From Clostridia bacterium (lineage in GTDB: Bacteria; Bacillota; Clostridia; Oscillospirales; CAG-272), in contig JAFTPX010000009.1 of NCBI GenBank assembly GCA_017463065.1, forward strand, positions 13,256 through 77,255: a DNA stretch of 64,000 nt. The letters are read 5' to 3'. A program made the position numbers and the translations under genes. Below the pieces are notes generated by a model. It did not search any database and had not been told where the DNA came from. It saw nothing but the letters and a program-made list of their open reading frames with translations. Of the stretch, positions 18,051 through 28,007 are shown in pieces. Within the stretch, counting starts at the first letter, position 1, and every line of letters begins with the position of its first letter.

Positions 18051-18618
18051 GGTTGAACTGCTCAATGCGGCACCGTACAACCCCCGTATTACGTTAGAGC
18101 CGGGAATGCCCGAATGGGAAAAGCTGAAAAACAGCATCGAGATCTTCGGCAACGTAGAGCCGATTGTTTGGAACAAGCGGACCGGCAACGTCGTAGGCGG
18201 CCATCAGAGACTCTCCGTGCTGAAAAGCATGGGTTACGACACCGTACCGTGTTCCGTCGTAGACCTCGACGACAACGACGAAAAGCTGTTGAACATCGCC
18301 CTCAATAAGATCAAGGGCCAATGGGACTACGACAAACTCGAAGACATTTTGAAAGACTTCGACCACGAAGTAGCGACGGCATCCGGCTTCTCTGCGGAGG
18401 AGATCGCCGTCATTCTCGCAAACAACAACGAACTGCTCGACGACGATGATTTCAGCGATTGGGACGACGATCCCGAGGAGATCACGGTAGGCGGCAGTTT
18501 TGTCGTTACACTCGTATTCCAAAGCGAGGGGCTTGCGCAGGAGTGGGCCGAAAACGAAGGATACAAAGACCAAATCCGCGAGGGATCAAGCTCGACAGTC
18601 ATACGAATCGAAGAATAG
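18034..18618 (+). CDS. ParB N-terminal-domain (ParB/Srx-like) protein, paralogue 2
   Basis: NAAPYNPR...VEPIVWNKRTGNVVGGHQRLSVL...LLNIALNKIKGQWDY aligns along its whole length with the upstream gene. Confidence 0.75.
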   Translation: MVQEIKVELLNAAPYNPRITLEPGMPEWEKLKNSIEIFGNVEPIVWNKRTGNVVGGHQRLSVLKSMGYDTVPCSVVDLDDNDEKLLNIALNKIKGQWDYDKLEDILKDFDHEVATASGFSAEEIAVILANNNELLDDDDFSDWDDDPEEITVGGSFVVTLVFQSEGLAQEWAENEGYKDQIREGSSSTVIRIEE

Positions 18619-18629
18619 GGGGCGGCAAA

Positions 18630-19943
18630 ATGGAAAAAGACACATTGAAACAGGATTACCAATCACCCCGTTGGAGCATGGAGATCCCCGACTGTTCAAT
18701 GCCCATGACAATGGACACTTACAGCAAGTGTGCATACAACTGCCTTTACTGCTTTTCGTATTTCCAAAAGAGCCACACGCTCGACGGGTACATAGGCGGC
18801 GGACAGCCTCGGTGCGTCAACCCGCAAAAGGTTATCGACCTCTTTGAAAGCGCGATGAAGAACGACACCGCGGCAGTCACGAAATATTATTTGCAGTTCT
18901 TCCCATACATTCAGAACCGACGCATCATGCAATGGGGAGGCCTCGCAGACGAATTCGACGAATGGGAACGCAGACACGGCGTAACGCTCGAACTGCTCAA
19001 ATATTTCGATAAGATCGACTACCCGCTGTCATTCAGCACAAAAGCCGCATGGTGGACGCAGGACGAAAGATATATGTCATTGTTCCGCAAGCACGCCCAT
19101 AATTGGCACGTCAAGATCTCCATCATCACGGCAGACAAAGAGAAAGCCCGCAAGATCGAAAAAGGCGTACCGTCGCCGGAGGAGCGCATCGCGGCAATCA
19201 AGCGGTTGGCGGACATGGGCATCCACGTTACCCTCCGTTTGAGACCGTTCATCATTGGCGTTTCTTCCGACTTCAAGCAACTAATCAGCATGGCATACAA
19301 AGCCGGAGCGGACAGCGTAACGACGGAATTCTTCTGCATGGAATCAAGAGCGGACGAAAACCTCAAAAAGCGATATGCCGAAATGAGCAAGATCGCAGGG
19401 TTCGACATCCACAAGTATTACATGGAGAACAGCAAGCAACACGGCTACAAGCGGTTGAGCAGAGGCGTAAAAGCACCGATCATTCACGAAATGAGGGACT
19501 ACGTTCACAGCCTCGGTATGCGTTTCCACGTCAGCGACGCTTTTTGCCGGGAATGCAACGACGCTTGCAACTGTTGCGGCGTTCCACCGGAGTGGGGCGT
19601 AAGTCAGCAGGGCAACATCGGACAGGCGATCATCACCGCCCGCGAAAAAGGGCAGGTGCACTTCTCCGACATTTCGGAGGGCATCAACAAGTATTTCTCG
19701 TTCCCGTGGTGCGGCGCGGCAGGGTACAACACAGGTAGCAACAAAGCCCGAGCACTCAACTACGACACGACAATGGCGCAGTTCCTACGGGAGAATTGGA
19801 ACACCCCAAGCAAGGGAACAAGCCCCGCCAAAGGCTACGGAGGAATCCTACGGCCCATCGGAAGGGACAGCAACGGCGACATAGTTTATAAATATGCACT
19901 CAAAGGAGAGGAGGAAAATGGCAGGAAGGAGCAAAAGCATTAA
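18630..19943 (+). CDS. Radical SAM enzyme 3 (437 aa, SplB/COG1533-like)
   Basis: CAYNCLYCF CxxxCxxC motif ~35 aa from the start. ATG 18630 follows GGGGGCGG. The track ORF extends upstream in frame. Confidence 0.75.
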   Translation: MEKDTLKQDYQSPRWSMEIPDCSMPMTMDTYSKCAYNCLYCFSYFQKSHTLDGYIGGGQPRCVNPQKVIDLFESAMKNDTAAVTKYYLQFFPYIQNRRIMQWGGLADEFDEWERRHGVTLELLKYFDKIDYPLSFSTKAAWWTQDERYMSLFRKHAHNWHVKISIITADKEKARKIEKGVPSPEERIAAIKRLADMGIHVTLRLRPFIIGVSSDFKQLISMAYKAGADSVTTEFFCMESRADENLKKRYAEMSKIAGFDIHKYYMENSKQHGYKRLSRGVKAPIIHEMRDYVHSLGMRFHVSDAFCRECNDACNCCGVPPEWGVSQQGNIGQAIITAREKGQVHFSDISEGINKYFSFPWCGAAGYNTGSNKARALNYDTTMAQFLRENWNTPSKGTSPAKGYGGILRPIGRDSNGDIVYKYALKGEEENGRKEQKH

Positions 19944-20418
19944 GTCTTGGGAACGTCAACCCAAGGAAAGTGTGCAAGCCTACGAAGCCTTTTCCCTCTA
20001 CCTCGAATTGGGGTACAAACGCACTGTGCGAAAAGTGGCACAGGACTTGAACAAATCCCTGTCGCTCATAGGCGGATGGAGTAGCACGTGGAATTGGCAA
20101 CAAAGAAGCGCGGACTACGACGCAGAATTGAAGCGGCAGGAGTTTGAGGAAGCCAAAAAAGCGATCAAGAAAATGCAGGAGCGGCACATACAAACGGCCA
20201 TGCTCCTGCAAAAGAAAGCGTTGCAGGCCCTCGAAAAGAAAGACATCGAATCTTTCACCCCGCAAGAGATCCTACGCTTCATAACCGAGGGCGCGAAACT
20301 CGAAAAAGCGACCCGAGAGGAAGCCAACCCCGCAACGGAGAACGCCAACGGCCCGGGCAGTCTTGCCGACACGATCATAGCGGCGTATGAGAAACGGAGA
20401 GGAGGCGGCGGTGAATGA
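19918..20418 (+). CDS. terS: Terminase small subunit (putative)
   Basis: Lies directly upstream of terL with an ATGA overlap. N-terminal HTH-like YEAFSLYLELGYKRTVRKVAQDL. GGAGAGGAGG RBS. Confidence 0.65.
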   Translation: MAGRSKSIKSWERQPKESVQAYEAFSLYLELGYKRTVRKVAQDLNKSLSLIGGWSSTWNWQQRSADYDAELKRQEFEEAKKAIKKMQERHIQTAMLLQKKALQALEKKDIESFTPQEILRFITEGAKLEKATREEANPATENANGPGSLADTIIAAYEKRRGGGGE

Positions 20419-21830
20419 GTTTAAGTCAAGAAGCCATCCTCTATTACGCAGATCACCCCGTCCACTTTGTTGAGGATCTCATAGGGGCAACGCCGGATGA
20501 AAAGCAAGCGCAGATCTTGCAGAGCGTTGCGGACAACCCCATGACCTCAGTACGCTCGGGACACGGTATCGGAAAGAGCACGGTTGAGGCTTGGACGATC
20601 ATTTGGTTTATGGCGACAAGGCCGTTCCCGAAGATCGCTTGCACCGCACCGACACAGCATCAGTTGTTCGATATCCTTTGGGCGGAGATTAGCAAGTGGT
20701 TGAGAAGCGCCCCCGCCCTCGAAAAAGAGTTCGTTTGGACGAAAGAGAAGGTGTACCTCAAAGGCTACCCGGAGGAATGGTTCGCGGTAGCACGAACGGC
20801 CACAAAGCCGGACGCATTGCAGGGCTTCCACGCTGACGACATTCTATACATCATCGACGAAGCAAGCGGCGTTAAGGACAACATCTTTGAACCCGTCCTC
20901 GGTGCGCTGTCAACACCGGGCGCAAGGCTTTTGATGTGCGGAAACCCGACACAGCTTAGCGGATTCTTTTACGAGAGCCACACGAAGAACAAAGCGTCGT
21001 ACAGCGCATTCCACGTAGACGGGAGATCAAGCAAGCGCGTCTCGCAGGATTTCATCAATACGATCATCCGAATGTACGGTGAAGACAGCGACGTATTCCG
21101 TGTTCGTGTTGCAGGGGAGTTTCCAAAGGCGGAGGCGGACGTATTCATTCAGCTTTCCCTCGTGGAGAGCTCTATTATGACAGAGTTTTACCCGCGAAAG
21201 ATACCTGCGTCAATCCGCATCGGTTGCGACGTGGCACGCTTTGGCGACGATAAGACCGTAATAGGCTCGAAGGTGGACGAAAAGGTTACGCTCGAAAAGA
21301 AGCGCAACGGGCAGGACACCATGAAGACGGCGGATGACATCGTTCTCCTTTACTACGATCTGCTGAGGAAATACCCAGACTACAAAGACGATATAACCGT
21401 CTGCGTAGACGACGGCGGCGTGGGCGGCGGCGTAGTGGACCGTTTGCGTCAAATGAAGAAAAACGCGCCGGAGCGGCTTGGGCAGATGAACATCGTGCCG
21501 ATCACCTTCGGACAGCGGATCAAGCATAAGTATTACCACGACTCAACCACGTACATGATGGCAACGGTCAAGGCCTTGCTATCACCATTCGACGAAGACG
21601 GAAACCCGAAACCCGTCGAACTGATACTCCCGAACGACGACGACCTCGTAGCACAGCTTTCGGGCAGAAAGTACGGCTTGACGGACAACAGCAAGATCAA
21701 GGTCGAGAGCAAAAAAGACATGAAGGAACGCGACCTCCCCTCCCCCGACGAGGCGGACTGCGTTTTGCTTTTATGCGTCCCGATCAGACAGAAGAAAAAG
21801 AGCGGAAACGAAAAGAAGCAGGGCAGATAA
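20415..21830 (+). CDS. terL: Terminase large subunit
   Basis: Walker A SGHGIGKST and Walker B ILYIIDEASG. C-terminal nuclease-type acidic residues. 471 aa. Confidence 0.9.
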   Translation: MSLSQEAILYYADHPVHFVEDLIGATPDEKQAQILQSVADNPMTSVRSGHGIGKSTVEAWTIIWFMATRPFPKIACTAPTQHQLFDILWAEISKWLRSAPALEKEFVWTKEKVYLKGYPEEWFAVARTATKPDALQGFHADDILYIIDEASGVKDNIFEPVLGALSTPGARLLMCGNPTQLSGFFYESHTKNKASYSAFHVDGRSSKRVSQDFINTIIRMYGEDSDVFRVRVAGEFPKAEADVFIQLSLVESSIMTEFYPRKIPASIRIGCDVARFGDDKTVIGSKVDEKVTLEKKRNGQDTMKTADDIVLLYYDLLRKYPDYKDDITVCVDDGGVGGGVVDRLRQMKKNAPERLGQMNIVPITFGQRIKHKYYHDSTTYMMATVKALLSPFDEDGNPKPVELILPNDDDLVAQLSGRKYGLTDNSKIKVESKKDMKERDLPSPDEADCVLLLCVPIRQKKKSGNEKKQGR

Positions 21831-21999
21831 CCCCACGGACATTCGCTTACGCTCTATTTCGGCGTTTTAAGGCTCTTTTTCGGCAAAGGGCAAGCAAGTA
21901 TACCCCAAAGGCAGAAAAAGCCGTCAGAGAGGCTTTGAGAACGCCACACGGTCACATTATCGCCATCGGAGGCGATCACAACACAAAGGAGAGTCAAAA

Positions 22000-23559
22000 A
22001 TGGCAAAGAAATCACAGGGATACAGAGCGCGGATCATCAAAGCATCCACGCCCAAGCCTGTCAGCAAGTCGGACAAAAGCGAACAGCTCGACGCACGGGA
22101 GGATCTCGCCGTAGCGGAATGGATCTCGCCGCCTCTTGATATGCGGGGCCTCGAAGAGCTCGTATCGCATTCCTCGATCCTGCCGCAATGTATCAGAGCC
22201 TACAAGAACAACATCGCGGGCTTTGGCATTGGCATCAGATACAGGGAGGACATCGACGAAACCCCGGAAATGGCCGCAGAGTACACCCGCGCGGAGGAGA
22301 TCCTCGAGCTTCTCTCTTTCGATCAAGACACGAAAGAGATATTCGAGGACGTTATCGAGGCCCGCGAGACTTACGGCATCGCATACATCGAAGTCATGCG
22401 CAACGTCGGCGGCGAAGTCGTTGAGATCAAGTTCGTAAAGGACACGTACACCATAGAAAAGACGCGGGAGTTGGAGCCGCACGTAGAGGCAAAGTTCTTC
22501 CACAAAGGGAAGGAGCACGAGCGAAAGAAGAAATTCCGTAAGTACCGGCAGACCATCGCAGGGCAAACGGTATATTTCAAGGAGTTTGGCGATCCCCGCG
22601 TTATGGATAAGCGGGACGGCAGATACGCCGGTGAAGGAGATACGATTGACCTCGATAACCAAGCAAACGAGATCTTGGAATTCGCCATCGGTACGAAGCC
22701 TTACGGTGAAGTACGGTGGAGTGGTCAGATCCTCGGCGTAGATGGAAGCCGCAGGGCAGAAACCCTCAACAACAACTATTTCAGAAACGGCAGACATACG
22801 CCGCTGATGATCATTGTTAAGGGCGGAACGCTCACGGATGACTCTTACAACAAGCTCACGCAGTACATGGACGGCATCAAGGGCGAAGCCGGGCAACACG
22901 CTTTTATCGTGTTGGAATCCGAAACCGCCGACAATACCGCCGCATTCGAGGGAGAGAAAAAGGCAGACATCGAGATCAAGGATCTCGCATCCGTATTGCA
23001 ACGGGACGAACTCTTCCAAGACTACCTCGACAACAACCGCCGCAGGGTTCAATCCTCTTTCCAGTTACCCGACCTTTACGTCGGCTATACGACGGACTTC
23101 AACAGAGCAACGGCGCAGACGGCGCAGGAAGTCACGGAGGAGCAGGTATTTCAGCCGGAGCGTAAGAGCCTCGCATGGGCGATCAACAACCGCCTGCTCA
23201 ACGAGTACAATTTCAAGTACGTTGAGGTTTACTTCAAGGAGCCGGACATCAACAACCCGGACGACGTTGCGAAGATCCTCAACATCGTAGAGAGAGCCGG
23301 CGGCCTCACGCCGAACAAGGCGAAAGAGGTTGCGTACACAGCCCTCGGTGATAGCTACGAGCCGTTTGAGGGCGAATGGGCGGAAACACCCCTTGTCTAC
23401 GCAAAACTCATGCAGACCCCGGCCCCGAACGTTCCCGACCTCACGGCACAGCTTGAAAAGCAGATCACCAAAGCCGCCGGAGCAAAGGACGATGCGGTGG
23501 TGGCGGTCATGAAAGAGGTTCGCTCCTTGCTACTGAAAATGAGCAAGGAGGGCGAATGA
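22000..23559 (+). CDS. Portal protein
   Basis: 519 aa, immediately after terL. The composition and order are those of PBSX/XkdE-type portals. Confidence 0.8.
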   Translation: MAKKSQGYRARIIKASTPKPVSKSDKSEQLDAREDLAVAEWISPPLDMRGLEELVSHSSILPQCIRAYKNNIAGFGIGIRYREDIDETPEMAAEYTRAEEILELLSFDQDTKEIFEDVIEARETYGIAYIEVMRNVGGEVVEIKFVKDTYTIEKTRELEPHVEAKFFHKGKEHERKKKFRKYRQTIAGQTVYFKEFGDPRVMDKRDGRYAGEGDTIDLDNQANEILEFAIGTKPYGEVRWSGQILGVDGSRRAETLNNNYFRNGRHTPLMIIVKGGTLTDDSYNKLTQYMDGIKGEAGQHAFIVLESETADNTAAFEGEKKADIEIKDLASVLQRDELFQDYLDNNRRRVQSSFQLPDLYVGYTTDFNRATAQTAQEVTEEQVFQPERKSLAWAINNRLLNEYNFKYVEVYFKEPDINNPDDVAKILNIVERAGGLTPNKAKEVAYTALGDSYEPFEGEWAETPLVYAKLMQTPAPNVPDLTAQLEKQITKAAGAKDDAVVAVMKEVRSLLLKMSKEGE

Positions 23560-23560
23560 T

Positions 23561-24520
23561 ATGCACGACTGCACAAAACTTCTTGAAGCCATCGAACGCT
23601 ACATCGCCAAGGCAGACGACGACCTTGCGGACGTTCTCGCGGAGGAGGGCTTCTTAGAGCCGGAAAAGACGGTCAAGTGGGCTTCCAAGATCGAAGACGC
23701 GATCACCGAGGCGTTGGAGGAGGAAACGGAGCTGTTCATCACGACCGCCGAAACCGCTTTTGACGTTCAAGAGTTTGCGGACCGTATATGGCCCGGAGTC
23801 AAGATCGACGACCAAACCGCGGAAAAGCTCAAAGAGATCTTCCAAGAGAAATTTCAAGAGCTCATGCCGGAGCTTATAGAGCCTTACCTGCAACAGACGG
23901 ATAAGGATCTCACCCTCACCTCCGTATCGAAGAAAACCACGGCGTGGGTGGAGAGTTGGAGCGGACAGCTCGGATCCTTGATGAAGCTCACCTCCCACAC
24001 GACGTTGGAGAACATTCTAAAAAAGAACCTCGAAGCCGGGAACGGCATACAGTCGTTTATCCTCGACATTCAAGACAGCGGCATACGTTCGGAACGCTAC
24101 CGCGCCCGCATGACCGCGATCACCGAGGCACTACGCGCTCACAGCGTAGCGCAGGAGGAGTCCATACAGCAATCCCCGTCGGTTGAGGATAAAGAATGGG
24201 TACACACGGGAGCGTACAGAAACGACCCCCGCCCGAATCACCAAGCGATCAGCGGGCAGATCGTGAAGAAAAACGAGCCGTTCGTGCTGATCGGCGCCGA
24301 CGGTAGCACCTACTACCCGCAATACCCCCGCGATCCCTCCCTCCCCGCAGGAGAAAGCATCCATTGCCATTGCATACACCGGGGAATCGTATCAGAGAAG
24401 ATCCTCGGACTCCCCCTCGAAGAGCGGAAGCGCCTGCAGGCAGAGGCAGTCGCCGCAATGGACGACGCTTGGGAAGCGGAACTGAACGCCCAAAACAGGG
24501 CAAAAGCCGGGATTGAGTAA
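23561..24520 (+). CDS. Head morphogenesis protein (SPP1 gp7 / Mu F-like)
   Basis: The C-terminal NHQAISGQIV...PAGESIHCHCIH is typical of the gp7/F family. Lies after the portal gene. Confidence 0.8.
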   Translation: MHDCTKLLEAIERYIAKADDDLADVLAEEGFLEPEKTVKWASKIEDAITEALEEETELFITTAETAFDVQEFADRIWPGVKIDDQTAEKLKEIFQEKFQELMPELIEPYLQQTDKDLTLTSVSKKTTAWVESWSGQLGSLMKLTSHTTLENILKKNLEAGNGIQSFILDIQDSGIRSERYRARMTAITEALRAHSVAQEESIQQSPSVEDKEWVHTGAYRNDPRPNHQAISGQIVKKNEPFVLIGADGSTYYPQYPRDPSLPAGESIHCHCIHRGIVSEKILGLPLEERKRLQAEAVAAMDDAWEAELNAQNRAKAGIE

Positions 24521-24542
24521 ATCCCACGAACAACTAAAAAAC

Positions 24543-24558
24543 AAGTGAAATTTCACTT
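24543..24558. repeat. Perfect 16-bp palindrome AAGTGAAATTTCACTT nested inside a longer AT-rich inverted repeat (24529-24587)
   Basis: Read directly from the sequence. The outer arms are aacaactaaaaaa / ttttttaagttgtt (one bulge). CACTT is repeated three times next to it. Confidence 0.6.
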
Positions 24559-24659
24559 CACTTATTGCACTTATTTTTTAAGTTGTTGAATCACGGAAAA
24601 GCGGCGCGGAAATGCGCCTCTTTTTATACCTCATTATGCACTTGAAAGGAGGTGAAAAA

Positions 24660-25919
24660 GTGAAAAACGTGCAAAAATCTTACGCAATTACCGACGCGAA
24701 AATCTCGTTTGTTTCTCTTGTTGACAAGGCCGCAAACAAACGTCAATTCCTCATTACGAAAGCGGAAGACGGTCAAGCACAATTCGCCACCTACGGACGG
24801 ATTTTGAAGACCGACGCAGAACATCATTTCGTCACGGGCGTAGTATACGAGCCTATGACCGAGGACGCACACGGCAACCACATGAGCGAGGAGGAGATCA
24901 CCAAGGCCGCCTATTGGTTCGCAAAGAACGGGGACGGCGTGGATCTCCAACACAGTTTTGAGACGCTTGAAAAGGCGGCTGTCGTGGAGAGTTGGGTCGC
25001 AAAGGCTGATTTCGAGCTTGGCGGCGAAACCGTTAAGAAGGGATCTTGGCTTATGACCGTTGAGATCACCGACGAAGCGGTATGGGACGCTGTTCAGAAG
25101 GGAGAGCTCACCGGCTTCTCTATGGGCGGCGTAGGGCTTTACAGTACGGAGGACGAAGACTTGACCGAAGTTAAGAAGAACGACACCCCCAACAAACAGA
25201 CCGAGCACAAGGGGATCTTGAAGAAGCTTGCCGAGATGTTCGGCTTTGACGTAGTTGAAAAGGGCGCGGTGGCTGACAGGTACGCAGAAAGCTCCAAAGT
25301 ATCGAACTTTTGGAACGCCTTCTACGCCTTGGAAGACACCCTCTACCGATACAACTACGCCACGGGCACTTGGGATTACGAGAACGACGAAACCGTGATC
25401 AGAGAGGCTTTGACGGACTTCTCCAACATCATCACCGATATTCTCGCGGGCTCGGAAATTGCGAAATCCCTTGCTGTCGAAAAATCCGGCAAAACATTGA
25501 GCGCAAAGAACAAGGAATCGCTCACCAACATTTACAACAACCTCGGCGCATTCCTTGCTGAGGTAGAAGACGAAAAGGAGGAAAAGGACATGACCAAATC
25601 CGAAATCGAAAAGATCGTAGCCGATGCCGTCGCAAAGGCTATGGCACCCGCGCAGGAGGAAGCTCCCGCCGCACCCGACGCTCCTGCGGAGATCACCGTA
25701 GAGGGCGTACAGAAGATGGTTGAAGATGCCGTCGCAAAGGCCCTCGCACCCAAGGAGGAAGCAGTCACCCCCGAGAATGTCAATGACATCGTGGAAAAGG
25801 CGGTCAAGAAGGCCATCGAGCCTATTTTGAAGTCCCGCGCTCTTTCCACCGCTCTCGGTGACGGCGATGCTGAACCCGTGGAAAAGGGTGAGGCTCACTA
25901 CCTCACCGGAATCCTTTAA
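24660..25919 (+). CDS. XkdF-like prohead protease domain fused to a scaffolding-like C-terminus
   Basis: ISFVSLVDKAANKRQFLITK is typical of the XkdF/S78-like family. The C-terminus is Ala/Glu/Lys-rich and helical. GTG 24660 follows AAAGGAGGTG. Confidence 0.7.
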   Translation: MKNVQKSYAITDAKISFVSLVDKAANKRQFLITKAEDGQAQFATYGRILKTDAEHHFVTGVVYEPMTEDAHGNHMSEEEITKAAYWFAKNGDGVDLQHSFETLEKAAVVESWVAKADFELGGETVKKGSWLMTVEITDEAVWDAVQKGELTGFSMGGVGLYSTEDEDLTEVKKNDTPNKQTEHKGILKKLAEMFGFDVVEKGAVADRYAESSKVSNFWNAFYALEDTLYRYNYATGTWDYENDETVIREALTDFSNIITDILAGSEIAKSLAVEKSGKTLSAKNKESLTNIYNNLGAFLAEVEDEKEEKDMTKSEIEKIVADAVAKAMAPAQEEAPAAPDAPAEITVEGVQKMVEDAVAKALAPKEEAVTPENVNDIVEKAVKKAIEPILKSRALSTALGDGDAEPVEKGEAHYLTGIL

Positions 25920-25947
25920 TCAATAATCAAAACAGGAGGAAAAAACT

Positions 25948-26871
25948 ATGCCTACCAACAGACAGATTGTGAAAGACACGATCACTACCGCAACCGTAAC
26001 CAACGGCTTGCTGAAACCCGAACAGTCTCGCCGCTTCTTGCAACAGACTTTCGACGCTACCCCTTTGCAGGGCCTCATTCGCCATGAGCTCCGCACTTCC
26101 ACCACCGGCGAGATCGACAAGATCGGTATCGCTTCCCGTATTCTGCGTAAGAAGACCGAAAACGCAGACGACGGCTACCGTGCAAAGCCCAACTACGGCG
26201 CGGTTGAGTACGCTTGTACTCCCGTTCGCTTGCCTTGGGAAATCACTGAGGAAACCCTGCGTCAGAACATCGAGGGTCAGAGCCACGAAGAAACCATCGC
26301 CAACCTCATGACGAGACAGGTTGGTATTGACACCGAAGACCTGTACCTCAACGGCGACGTTGCCACCGCAGACACCGATCCCGATTATGCGTTCCTCTCC
26401 ATCAACGACGGTTGGATCAAGCAGATCAAGAACGGCGGTCACATCTTCGACGCGTTGGCCAAGAACGCCGGCGCAATGACCCTCGACACCTTCTACGGCG
26501 CGTTGAAGGCCATCCCCAACAAGTACAACAACGGCAGACTCCGTTGGCTCATGTCCCCCGCAAGAGCGCAGGAGTGGGAACTGTACTTGATGAACAAGGT
26601 CATCGACGCAGGCGGCGCTGTTCCCGACAACGTCTACACCTCCCCCGCCCGCATTCCTACCGTCGAAGTGCCTAACATGCCCGACGACTGCATCCTGCTC
26701 ACCGACCCCAAGAACCTCATCGCGGTCAACTCTTATAACATGGTTATCAGAAAGACCACCGAGGGCAAAGAGGCGGTCATGCAGGACAAGCGTTTCTACG
26801 TCGTGCATTTCGACTTCGACGCGATCATCGAAGAGCTCGACGCAACCGCGGCAATTACCGGCCTTGCATAA
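25948..26871 (+). CDS. Major capsid protein
   Basis: 307 aa, after the protease/scaffold gene. Strong AGGAGGA RBS and a hairpin directly downstream. Confidence 0.8.
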   Translation: MPTNRQIVKDTITTATVTNGLLKPEQSRRFLQQTFDATPLQGLIRHELRTSTTGEIDKIGIASRILRKKTENADDGYRAKPNYGAVEYACTPVRLPWEITEETLRQNIEGQSHEETIANLMTRQVGIDTEDLYLNGDVATADTDPDYAFLSINDGWIKQIKNGGHIFDALAKNAGAMTLDTFYGALKAIPNKYNNGRLRWLMSPARAQEWELYLMNKVIDAGGAVPDNVYTSPARIPTVEVPNMPDDCILLTDPKNLIAVNSYNMVIRKTTEGKEAVMQDKRFYVVHFDFDAIIEELDATAAITGLA

Positions 26872-26876
26872 GAAAA

Positions 26877-26895
26877 AAGGGGCTTCTCGCCCCTT
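26877..26895 (+). terminator. Hairpin after the capsid gene (possible partial terminator)
   Basis: aaggggc-ttctc-gcccctt forms a 7-bp stem. The downstream T tract is poor (tcccgtctt). Confidence 0.4.
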
Positions 26896-26930
26896 TCCCG
26901 TCTTGCAAACCAACAAGGAGGTGAAAGGAT

Positions 26931-27635
26931 TTGTATAAGATCCTAATTTGGAAAGACCATTATACCAACATGGAGAACACCTATGTTGCAAGGCAAAACA
27001 ACAACGGGACGATCACCCTCACCCCTGCGGGTCAAGTCATTCAGCAAGGCACGAGCATGAGCGCGGAGAACTTCAACAACATGGAGTGCGGAATCCTCGA
27101 TGCCGATCTTGCGAACCGGCTCCTCCTTTTACTCACGAGGAACAACGCCACCGAAATCGCCAAGATCAAAACGTCCACGGGCCAAGCAGTCGGCGTTGTA
27201 ACGTACATGAACGGGGCGCAAACCGGGTCAATCGAAGCGGCAGAACCCCTTATGATCGAAGCCGGTAACGGCATCGGCGCGACGGTCCAAAACGGCAGAG
27301 TTATCCTTGGCGTTGATGTAACCACCGCCCCCGAGTCGATGAAAGGCGGTTCGAATTTCATTGCTGACACCGTCACTTTGGAAACCGCCAAATGGACGCA
27401 AACAACCGCAGACGGCTTGATGTACGAAATGCCTTTCGAGGGCGTTTTGGCAGACCCCACGAAGTGCCTTGTTTTTTGCGCCGTCGTTCCCAATGATGCC
27501 GCAATGGAGGCAGAGTGGGCGCGGTGCGATATCCGTTGTGTTACGCAAGGGGACGGCTACATTAGGTTCAGATCACGGAGCGGAGAGACACCCACCATCG
27601 ACATCAACGTTTCCGTAGCCGTATTTACGAAGTAG
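26931..27635 (+). CDS. Fibre-like protein; its N-terminal domain is paralogous to the product of 45283..45552
   Basis: TTG start after AGGAGGTG. In YKILIWKDH...QQGTSMSAENFNNMECGILDADLANRLLLL, 44 of 67 residues are identical to the start of the tail-fibre-adjacent protein. Confidence 0.5.
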   Translation: MYKILIWKDHYTNMENTYVARQNNNGTITLTPAGQVIQQGTSMSAENFNNMECGILDADLANRLLLLLTRNNATEIAKIKTSTGQAVGVVTYMNGAQTGSIEAAEPLMIEAGNGIGATVQNGRVILGVDVTTAPESMKGGSNFIADTVTLETAKWTQTTADGLMYEMPFEGVLADPTKCLVFCAVVPNDAAMEAEWARCDIRCVTQGDGYIRFRSRSGETPTIDINVSVAVFTK

Positions 27636-27647
27636 GAGGGAAAGCGT

Positions 27648-28007
27648 ATGCCAATCATCAATATCAACCCTACGAAGAAAGATGATTCCACCGCCGCCAC
27701 CGTTTACGTGGTCGGGAATCCCGTAGAATTCGTCCTGTCGAAGGACCTTTGGAACGGGACGATCTACACGATCACGACAACCGAATACGGCGAGGTGGGC
27801 GCTCTGCAACTCGGAATCCCACCTACATCAAGCATGGCCAACGCCAACCGCCTCATTCGGTGCGCTTTGACGATCCCGCAGATCACAAACACGAGGATCG
27901 ACACGGACGGCGACGACGTAAAAGAGACCAACCAAGCTACGATCACCATTTCCGCAGTAACAGCCCCCGACGAAGACGTGACCGTGGCGATTTGGGGGCT
28001 GATCTAA
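27648..28007 (+). CDS. Hypothetical structural-module protein
   Basis: AGGAGGG RBS. 119 aa. No motif recognised. Confidence 0.5.
   Translation: MPIININPTKKDDSTAATVYVVGNPVEFVLSKDLWNGTIYTITTTEYGEVGALQLGIPPTSSMANANRLIRCALTIPQITNTRIDTDGDDVKETNQATITISAVTAPDEDVTVAIWGLI

Noticed and set aside
21773-22114. A 113-aa ORF bridging the terL-portal gap.
   Set aside because: It overlaps both the terL end and the portal start in another frame. The product is basic and low in complexity, and no RBS is present. The 169-nt gap is treated as non-coding.
25560-25760. The repeated DAVAKA.AP segments in the scaffold C-terminus and the Ala/Pro/Glu-rich tail at 32150-32389.
   Set aside because: These are low-complexity helical or linker coding sequence, typical of scaffolding and decoration proteins. 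No DNA-level function is evident.
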